This document shows positions 35,928 through 43,207 of a DNA stretch of 61,585 bases, piece by piece. The stretch spans positions 1 through 61,585 of the forward strand of contig JBBIUR010000020.1 of NCBI GenBank assembly GCA_037440145.1. The letters are read 5' to 3'. The first letter of the stretch is position 1, and every line of letters starts with the position of its first letter. The notes below the pieces were generated by a model. The model was not told the origin of the DNA. It was given only the letters and a program-made list of their open reading frames with translations, and made no database searches. The position numbers were made by a program, and so were the translations under genes. This stretch comes from Myxococcales bacterium (GTDB taxonomy: Bacteria; Desulfobacterota; Binatia; HRBIN30; BPIQ01).

Positions 35928-37681
35928 CAGTGGCCACGGGCGGTCGACCGGGCGCCGCGCGGCGGCCGAGCCGCGGCGCTCGCTTTGCGGGCGTTGCGGC
36001 GGCTGCGAAGCCGCGCCGTCTTGGCCCAGTCGATTTGCCGCGTGCGGGGATCGATCACGACGCGGTAGACCTTTTCCGCTTGTTCGATAGAGACGTAGTC
36101 GTCGAGGACGTCGGCCAGCACTTTCTCGGGATCGCGGCGCCACGGCGGTCCGTACCCCCCGCCGCCGTTGGCGCGGATGCGCACCGTGTCTCCGGGCTGG
36201 AGCAGGTACCCCTTCTTCGGGTGTGGGCGCACCTTGCCGTTGATCAGGATGTCCGCTGGGGCTCCGGGCAGCCCGCCGCGCAACCCGAGCGGCGGGTGCT
36301 TGATTCGCTCCTGCATGCAGAAAAACGTCGCTGGCTTTTGGCTGCGCACCTGCACTTCGATTTCCTGGCCGAGGCCGCCGCGGTATTTTCCCGCGCCCGC
36401 GGAGTCGCGGATCATTTCGCGGCGCCGGACGAAGAGGGGGAACTCGTTTTCGATGACCTCGATCGGGATATCGGCGATCACGAAGGGGAAGAGCGTCGTG
36501 TACGAAAACATTGTAGATCTCGCTCCAATCCCTAACAATAAAAAAAAAATTCCGACCATGGGATCGCCGCGCTCGTTCGTGCCGATCACGCCGAAGTTCG
36601 ACACTGCGGCGGAATCAGCGACCACGCGGTTCGGGATGACCTTGCTCAGCGCGCCGAAGACCGCCGAGGGGATGTAGAAGCCCGTCAGGTGGCGGGCCAT
36701 GACGGGGGCGGGGTACTTCGCGTTCATGATGCTGCCCTCGGGCGCCACGAGAGTGAGCGGCCGGTAGCTGCCCTCGTTGTCGCGGACGTGCGGAAAGATC
36801 GAGCACATCAGGCACTGGTGGGTGAGGGCGAGGGTGTGGTTGTAGACGAGGTTGATTCCGTACATGCTCTGGGGCGAGCTTCCGGAGTAGTCGATCACGA
36901 TTTCCGAGCCTCGGATCGTGAGCGCCAGGGCGATCTTGACGGGATCGGTGGCATCGTAACCGTCGGCGAAGACCGTGTGGCGGTAAGTGCCGTCGGGAAT
37001 TGCCTCGATCGCCTGCCGCGTCGCCTGCTCCGTGGTGCCGATCATGGCCCGCGAAAGCCCCTGGAGGTCTTCCAGGCCGAACTCGTCCATCATCTTCGCG
37101 ATCTTCCTCGCAGCGGCTTCTGCGGCGCCCATTTGCGCTCGGATGTCGGAGACGACGACTTCTGGATGGCGGATGTTGCTCGAGAGGAACTCGAACACCT
37201 CGAAATTCGGCTCCCCTTCGGAATAGAGCTTCACGAACGGAATCAGGATGCCTTCCTCGTAAAGGGAGGTGCTGTCGGCCGAGAAGCCGCGGCCGCCCAT
37301 GTCGATGTGGTGGCCCAGGTACGCCGTGAACCCCACGAGGCGGTCGCGGAAGAAGATGGGAACCACGACCGCCGTGTCGTTGATGTGCCCTCCGACGCGC
37401 CAGGGGTCGTTGGAAATCAACACGTCGCCGGGGCGGAGGTCGTCGGGAGTGAACTTTTCCAGGAAGCACTTGACCGTCTGGCGGATGTGGCACTCGCCCT
37501 CGTCCGCGTGGGTCATGAAATTCCCCTCGCGGTCGTAGAGGCCTGCCGAGCAGTCCTTCGCCTCGCGGATGATCGGCGAAAAAGCCGCGCGAATCAGCCC
37601 GGCGATTTCCTCGTTGAGGATCGCGCGGCAACGATTCCAGAGGATCTCCAGCGTGACCGGATCGAACGCTTCCATCGGCAT
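35927..37681 (-). CDS. hydantoinase B / oxoprolinase family protein
   Basis: N-terminus DPVTLEILWNR; C-terminal NEFPLFVRRREMIRDSAGAGKYRGGLG and GGGGYGPP. The second ATG (37675) has better spacing to AAGGAG than ATG 37681. Confidence 0.8.
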   Translation of the reverse strand: MPMEAFDPVTLEILWNRCRAILNEEIAGLIRAAFSPIIREAKDCSAGLYDREGNFMTHADEGECHIRQTVKCFLEKFTPDDLRPGDVLISNDPWRVGGHINDTAVVVPIFFRDRLVGFTAYLGHHIDMGGRGFSADSTSLYEEGILIPFVKLYSEGEPNFEVFEFLSSNIRHPEVVVSDIRAQMGAAEAAARKIAKMMDEFGLEDLQGLSRAMIGTTEQATRQAIEAIPDGTYRHTVFADGYDATDPVKIALALTIRGSEIVIDYSGSSPQSMYGINLVYNHTLALTHQCLMCSIFPHVRDNEGSYRPLTLVAPEGSIMNAKYPAPVMARHLTGFYIPSAVFGALSKVIPNRVVADSAAVSNFGVIGTNERGDPMVGIFFLLLGIGARSTMFSYTTLFPFVIADIPIEVIENEFPLFVRRREMIRDSAGAGKYRGGLGQEIEVQVRSQKPATFFCMQERIKHPPLGLRGGLPGAPADILINGKVRPHPKKGYLLQPGDTVRIRANGGGGYGPPWRRDPEKVLADVLDDYVSIEQAEKVYRVVIDPRTRQIDWAKTARLRSRRNARKASAAARPPRGARSTARGH

Positions 37682-37696
37682 GCTCCTTCCGCCTGG

Positions 37697-39784
37697 CTAT
37701 TTTCCGGGCACGGAAACGACCAGGTTGCCAAGCTCGTCCACGACGACGCTGCCCCCGGGGCCGACTACGGTGGTGGACTCCCGCTCCTCGATCACCGCCG
37801 GGCCCTCGCAGCGAAACCCGGGCTGGAGGCGATAGCGGTCGTAGACCGGGCACGGCTGCGCGCGGCCGAACTCGGGGAAGTACACGTCGCGTTCGCCTTT
37901 CAAGGGGCTGCCTCCTGCGGCGCCCGCGTCGCTGCGAAATTGCAGCTCCAGGCGGGGCCGGGGCCCGGAGGCCATGACCTTCCAGTTCACGCCCATGACC
38001 TCCAGGTCCGGATGGCTCCAGTTGAACTTCTGCATGTGCACGCTGGCAAAGGCCGCTAGGATCTCCTCGCGATGCTTTGGCTGCAATTCCCCGGCGGGAA
38101 TAGGCACCTCGATCTCCCGGCCCTGCAGCGCGTAACGCATGTCGGCGGTGCGCGTGTACGCGATTTGGTCGGGCCGCACTCCCGCGCGCCCGAGCAGCCG
38201 CCGCCCTTCTTCTTCCATCTCCCGGTAGATTCGGTTGAGAACCGCGCAGTCGAGCTGGTTCATCTTCAGGATATACGTGCGGATGAAATCGAACGAGAGA
38301 GGCGCGACCAGAAAGCCCAGGGCGGAGGCCACCCCCGCCGCGTGCGGCACGACGAAGCGCCGGATGTTCAGCTTGCGGCAGAGGTTGAAAGCGTGCACCG
38401 GGCCGGCGCCGCCGAAGGCGATCATCGTGTAGGGATCGAGCTCGACGCCCTTTTCGACCGCTAGCACTCGCGCGGCGTTGGCCATGTTCTCATCGACCAC
38501 GTTGCACACGCCCCACGCAGCCTCGAGCAGCCCCAAGCGCGCCGGCCGCGCGACGTGCTTTTCGAGCGCTTCTACGGCGGCTCCGACATCGAGCGCCATC
38601 TCCCCGCCGAGAAAGTAGTTGGGGTTCAGCCACCCCAAGACGAGATCCGCGTCGGTCACGGTCGCCGCCTGGCCACCCCGCCCGTAGCATGCCGGCCCTG
38701 GATCGGCACCTGCGCTCATCGGCCCCACAGCAAGGAGGCCCATTTCATCGATGCGCGCGATCGAGCCGCCGCCGGCGCCGATCTCCAACATCTCGATCAC
38801 CGGCAGGTTGATCGGCAGGCCGCTTCCCTTCTTGAAGCGCGCCATCCGCGCGATCTCGAACTCCTTGGTGACCGATGGCTTCGCATTGTCGATCAGGCAG
38901 CTCTTGGCCGTCGTGCCGCCCATGTCGAACGAGAGTACGCGGGGGCACTGCAGGCGCTCGCTCAGGGAGGCAGCCAGCACGGCGCCCGCGGCGGGGCCCG
39001 ATTCGAGGATCCGAATCGGAAAGTCGCGCGCTACCTCTGGCGTCGTGATGCCGCCGTGGGAGAGCATCATGAAGAACTCGCCGCCGAAGCGGAGGTCCTG
39101 CAGGCGCTGGACGAAGCTGGACAGGTAGCGGCGCGTCTCGGGTAGGGCAAACGCGTTCGCCACCGTCGTCGAGGCTCGCTCGTATTCGCGGATCTCGGGA
39201 ATCAACTCCGAGGAGAGCGTCACGCTCGTGCCCGGCGCGATTTTGTGGATGATCTCCCGCATCCGCCGCTCGTGCACGGGGTTGCGGAACGAGTGGAGAA
39301 AGCAAACCGCAAAGGCCTCCACCCCGTCGGCGAGGAGCTCGCGCACCACGCGCGCCGCCTGGCGCTCGTCGAGCTTGGTGTGCACTGCGCCCTGCGCGTC
39401 GATGCGCTCCCGGATGCCCCTGCGCCAGCGCCGGGGCACCAGCGGCTTCGGCATCTCGATGTTGATGTCGTAGTTGTCGTAGCGGCTGCCCCGGCCGACC
39501 TCGAGGAAGTCCCGAAACCCTTCGGTTACCAGCAGCGCTGTCTTCGCGCCCGTGCGCTGGATCAGGGTGTTGATCACCAGCGTGGTGCCGTGGATCAACT
39601 GCTGCACATCGCGCTCGAGCGATACCCCCCGGGCCTTGCACAAGCCCCGCAGCCCCTCGACGGCCGCCCGCGCCGGGTCCACCGGATCGGTCAAAACCTT
39701 CGCGGTGTGCACCTCCTGCCGGGCGGCGTCCACCATCGCCAAATCCGTAAACGTCCCCCCGATGTCGCAACCAATTCGATACAC
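37697..39784 (-). CDS. hydantoinase A / oxoprolinase family protein (ATP-binding subunit)
   Basis: GTG 39784 lies 7 nt after AGGAG; the 751-aa extended ORF is rejected. Motifs YRIGCDIGGTFTD, SFDMGGTTAK and FGGAGPVHA. Confidence 0.8.
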   Translation of the reverse strand: MYRIGCDIGGTFTDLAMVDAARQEVHTAKVLTDPVDPARAAVEGLRGLCKARGVSLERDVQQLIHGTTLVINTLIQRTGAKTALLVTEGFRDFLEVGRGSRYDNYDINIEMPKPLVPRRWRRGIRERIDAQGAVHTKLDERQAARVVRELLADGVEAFAVCFLHSFRNPVHERRMREIIHKIAPGTSVTLSSELIPEIREYERASTTVANAFALPETRRYLSSFVQRLQDLRFGGEFFMMLSHGGITTPEVARDFPIRILESGPAAGAVLAASLSERLQCPRVLSFDMGGTTAKSCLIDNAKPSVTKEFEIARMARFKKGSGLPINLPVIEMLEIGAGGGSIARIDEMGLLAVGPMSAGADPGPACYGRGGQAATVTDADLVLGWLNPNYFLGGEMALDVGAAVEALEKHVARPARLGLLEAAWGVCNVVDENMANAARVLAVEKGVELDPYTMIAFGGAGPVHAFNLCRKLNIRRFVVPHAAGVASALGFLVAPLSFDFIRTYILKMNQLDCAVLNRIYREMEEEGRRLLGRAGVRPDQIAYTRTADMRYALQGREIEVPIPAGELQPKHREEILAAFASVHMQKFNWSHPDLEVMGVNWKVMASGPRPRLELQFRSDAGAAGGSPLKGERDVYFPEFGRAQPCPVYDRYRLQPGFRCEGPAVIEERESTTVVGPGGSVVVDELGNLVVSVPGK

Positions 39785-39794
39785 GCCTGTGCTC

Positions 39795-39807
39795 CTGGTC
39801 TGACCAG
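39795..39807. promoter_or_regulatory. palindromic operator, copy 1 (CTGGTC-T-GACCAG)
   Basis: Perfect 6-1-6 inverted repeat. On the minus strand it sits between the candidate -10 box and the hydantoinase A RBS, which it overlaps by 2 nt. The core TGGTCTGACCA fits the GntR/FadR-type pattern T.GT-N3-AC.A. Confidence 0.6.
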
Positions 39808-39808
39808 C

Positions 39809-39838
39809 TATATACCGGCACAGGCGTGGAAGTGTCAA
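39809..39838 (-). promoter_or_regulatory. candidate sigma70-type promoter of the minus-strand gene train
   Basis: Read on the minus strand: TTGACA (39838-39833), an 18-nt spacer, then TATATA (39814-39809). It lies in the only AT-rich patch upstream of hydantoinase A. Confidence 0.55.
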
Positions 39839-39853
39839 GCAATCAAGCCATAA

Positions 39854-39882
39854 TTGACAATTCCGCCCGGCCGCGATAGACG
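39854..39882 (+). promoter_or_regulatory. candidate promoter of the plus-strand gene train (weak -10)
   Basis: TTGACA (39854-39859), a 17-nt spacer, then TAGACG (39877-39882; 3 of 6 matches to TATAAT). It is arranged back-to-back with the minus-strand -35 box (TGTCAA-N15-TTGACA). Confidence 0.35.
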
Positions 39883-39892
39883 GGGGTGGTTT

Positions 39893-39907
39893 ACTGGTCT
39901 GACCAGT
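39893..39907. promoter_or_regulatory. palindromic operator, copy 2 (ACTGGTC-T-GACCAGT)
   Basis: Perfect 7-1-7 inverted repeat immediately upstream of the RBS AGGAGGGAG (39909-39917) of the first plus-strand gene. It has the same 13-nt core as copy 1. Confidence 0.6.
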
Positions 39908-39921
39908 CAGGAGGGAGAACT

Positions 39922-40770
39922 GTGGAACCGACGGGCGTCGATGTTGCTGCATTGGATCATCCCTTTCGGGAAGGGCTGCTGGCGGGCCGCGTGGCGATCG
40001 TCACCGGAGGCGGCACCGGGTTGGGCAAGGCGATCGCGTCGCTGTATGCGCGGCTCGGGGCGCGCGTGGTGCTGGCGAGCCGATCGATGGACCATCTGCT
40101 GCCGGCGGCCGAGGAGATCCGAGCCGCCGGCGGGGTGGCGTCGGTGGTTTCGGTGGACGTGCGCAAGGTGGAGGACGTCGACCGGATGATCGCGCACACG
40201 CTGGAGACCTTCGGGAAAATGGACATCTTGGTGAACAACGCGGCGGCAAACTTCCTCGTGCAAGCGGAAAACCTTTCGCCGCGCGGCTGGAACGCCTTGG
40301 TGGACATCGTGCTCAACGGCTCGTACTACGCCAGCCGGGCGTTCGGGCGCGCCTTGATCGAGCGCAAGCAGCCCGGCCAGATCTTGAACATAGTGTCCAC
40401 CTATCCCTGGACGGGCTGTCCGGGTGCCGTGCACCACGCTTCCGCCAAAGCGGGTGTGATGGCGCTGACAATGACGCTGGCGGTAGAGTGGGCGCGCTAC
40501 GGGATCCGCGTGAACGCCATTGCGCCCGGCCCCTTCGAAACCCCAGGGCCGATGGAAAAGTTCAACTTCACCGTCGGCGACGAGGTCTACGAGCGGGTGC
40601 GGCAGGACGTGCCCCTCAAGCGCTTCGGCCAGCCGCGCGAGCTGGCATGGCTGGCAGCGTACCTGGTCAGCGATTACGCCGCATTTATCAACGGAGAAAC
40701 CGTGGTCATCGACGGCGGCACGTGGCTGAGCAAGGGGTATTTCCCTTACTTCACGCCCGGCGTGCTCTGA
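39922..40770 (+). CDS. SDR family oxidoreductase, 2,4-dienoyl-CoA-reductase-like subtype
   Basis: GTG 39922 follows AGGAGGGAG. Motifs VTGGGTGLGKA and NNAA. The active-site region VHHASAKAGV lacks the classical Tyr, as in DECR-type SDRs (from memory). Confidence 0.75.
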   Translation: MEPTGVDVAALDHPFREGLLAGRVAIVTGGGTGLGKAIASLYARLGARVVLASRSMDHLLPAAEEIRAAGGVASVVSVDVRKVEDVDRMIAHTLETFGKMDILVNNAAANFLVQAENLSPRGWNALVDIVLNGSYYASRAFGRALIERKQPGQILNIVSTYPWTGCPGAVHHASAKAGVMALTMTLAVEWARYGIRVNAIAPGPFETPGPMEKFNFTVGDEVYERVRQDVPLKRFGQPRELAWLAAYLVSDYAAFINGETVVIDGGTWLSKGYFPYFTPGVL

Positions 40771-40775
40771 ACGCC

Positions 40776-41078
40776 ATGCCCCCGCGCCAGGTTCGGGTTA
40801 CGGTCGAACTCATGGGCCCGTTCGAGTTCGACTTCGGTGCCACCGGCGCCGAGATCGACGTGCCCGAGCCCGCTACCGTAGGCGCCCTCGTCGAGGCGCT
40901 CGCTGCAAAGTGGCCCGCCGCAGTGCGGCTGCGCGAACTGCTCTGCGATCCCTCGCCGCGCGGCCGCTATTGCTGCGTCTCGCTCGACCACGAAGTGCTG
41001 CCCCCCGAGGACGTGCTGGCCACACCGCTGCGCGATGGCGCCCACGTCTGCTTCGCGCTCCCCATGGCCGGGGGCTGA
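40776..41078 (+). CDS. MoaD/ThiS-family ubiquitin-like (beta-grasp) protein with a C-terminal Gly-Gly
   Basis: ATG 40776, 5 nt after the SDR stop; 100 aa. It ends LRDGAHVCFALPMAGG-stop, compared with the MoaD ending L.DGDEVAFFPPVTGG (from memory). Confidence 0.6.
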   Translation: MPPRQVRVTVELMGPFEFDFGATGAEIDVPEPATVGALVEALAAKWPAAVRLRELLCDPSPRGRYCCVSLDHEVLPPEDVLATPLRDGAHVCFALPMAGG

Positions 41079-41174
41079 CAGGTGCGGCACCCGCGCCGCG
41101 AGTTGGCCAAAATCAGCGCTTGCCTAAAAGGCCCGTCATCTGTTAACAAACGTTCGTTTGCTGCTGAGGGGCCA

Positions 41175-43173
41175 ATGGGGAGCCGAGTCGTCCCGGGGGA
41201 CGGAGCCGCGGTTCGGTTTGCGGCGGGCAGTGGGCGGGTGCCGGAGGGCATCAGCCGGCGCGGGTTTCTCTGCAGTGCGGGAGCGGCTGCGGTAGCGCTC
41301 TGTCTGGGCCGCCTGGTGCCTCGGGCGACTGCAAGTGGTGCCGGGGCGGTGGCGGTGAGCCCCGCAGTGCCTGACTACCGGAGCTGGGAGGACGTGTACC
41401 TGAGGCGGTGGACTTGGGATCGCGTGGTCAAAGGCGCCCACCACGTGATCAACTGCGTCTCATCGTGCCCGTTCCTCGTCTTCGTCAAGGACGGCATCGC
41501 TTGGCGCGAGGAACAGAACGCGGTGATGGAGGCGAACGGCCCAGCGCTGCCCGACTTCAATCCCCGCGGCTGCCAGAAGGGCATCTGCACGAGCCAACTC
41601 ATGTACGGCCCGCAGCGCCTGAAGTATCCGCTCGAGCGGGTGGGGCCGCGCGGTTCGGGGAAATGGAGGCGGATTTCGTGGGACGAAGCCCTCACGCCGA
41701 TCGCCGACGCGATCCTCGATGTGGCCGCGCAGGACGGGACGGAGTGCGTGGTGTACGACAGCGGCACGGCGAACGCCGATTACAGCGCTTCGACTGCGGG
41801 CGAGGTGCACTTTTTCGATCTGCTGGGTGCCACCCAGCTCGACGGCTGGGCCGCGGCGGGTGACATGCCGCTCGGCGTCCTCATGACGTGGGGGATCTTC
41901 AATGTCGACGGAACCTCCGACGACTATTTCCACGCCGACCTGATCTACTTGTGGCTCGGCAACCCGACGTACACGCGCATTCCCGATGCGCACTTCATCT
42001 GGGAGGCGCGCTACCGCGGCAGCAAGGTGGTCAGCGTCGCCCCCGACTACAACGCCTCGAGCGTGCACGCGGACCTGTGGGTCCATCCCCGCGTGGGCAC
42101 CGATGCGGCGCTCGCCCTCGGCATGGCGCAGGTGATCGTCGCGGAGCGGCTCTACCGCGCCGACTTCGTAAAGGAGCAGACCGATCTCCCGCTGCTGGTC
42201 CGGGAAGACACGCGGCGCTTTCTGCGCCAGTCAGACCTGCGACAGGGCGGAGCGGAGAACATCTTCTACTTGTGGGATACCCGCAGGGGATCTGCCGTCC
42301 AGGCGCCGGGGTCCGAGGGATTGGATCGCGGCACGACGCTAGAGCTGGGCGCGCTGGATCCAGCCCTGGAGGGGCGCTTCGAAGTGCGCCTGGCCGACGG
42401 GCGGAGTGTCGGCGTGCGCCCGCGAGTTTGCTGCAGCCCGGGCCGTCACGGTCTTCGGATCGTGGGGCATGATGAAGCACCACCACAGCGATCTCGTCCA
42501 GCGCTCGCTCCTCCTGTTGCTGGCGCTCACCGGCAACGTGGGCCGCCGCGGCGCCGGGGTGCGCATCGGCGCCTGGTACATGATGAGCAGCCTCGAGCCC
42601 TTGCTGGCGAAGGTGAAGCCAGCCTGGTGGCAGAAGCTGCTCTTGCGAGTGTACCGCCCCACGGTGCGAGAGCTGATCAGCTACTTCCGCGATTACGAGC
42701 GCGAGCACATGTACATGAACATCCCCGCGCTCCTGTTCCTCTACTACCATGGGGGCCTGAAGGAGCTCGTCGACCGGCCGACCGGCGGCCACACGCGCTG
42801 GTCGATCCACTCGACCTTCCGCGACGAAGTGCACATGCTGCGGTTGCAGCGCGGCGCTCCCGTTGCCTACCTCAACCCGGAGGACGCAGCGGCGCGCGGC
42901 ATCCGCGACCACGACCGAATCCGCGTGTTCAACGACGTCGGATCGTGCGAGCTCGCGGCCAAGATTTCCCCTTCGGTCCAACCCGGCCAGGTGATCGTCT
43001 ACCACGCCTGGGAGCCGTTCCAGTTTCCCGAGTGGCGCAGCCCGCAAGACCCGGTCCCTTCGCCATGGAAGTCGCTCCACTTGGCGAGCTACGGGCAGCT
43101 CCACTACCGCTTCCTGTACGCGGGGCCGCACCACGCGCCGCGGGCGACGGCGGTGGAGGTGGCGAGGGCGTGA
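41175..43173 (+). pseudogene. decayed NarG/EbdA-like molybdoenzyme gene, paralogue A3 (frameshifting deletion plus a large in-frame deletion)
   Basis: The first ~415 codons (frame of ORF 41082-43226) match A4 closely up to ...GVRP (about nt 42420). Homology then resumes in another frame (ORF 42406-43173: REFAAARAVTVFGSWGMMKH...). A second gap joins LKELVDRP directly to TGGHTRWSIHS at nt 42780/42781. The twin-arginine motif SRRGFL is retained. Confidence 0.8.
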
Positions 43174-43207
43174 GGGGTGGCTCCGAGCGAAAGGGGGTTT
43201 CCGAGCC

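Noticed and set aside
43174-43207. Possible Moco riboswitch or regulatory hairpin upstream of A4: TGGCTC...GAGCCA stem enclosing AAAGGGGG, and CCGAGC repeated twice.
   Set aside because: The gap is only 34 nt, far shorter than the ~130-nt Moco RNA motif, and I cannot recall its consensus well enough to match it. The 6-bp stem could arise by chance in GC-rich DNA.
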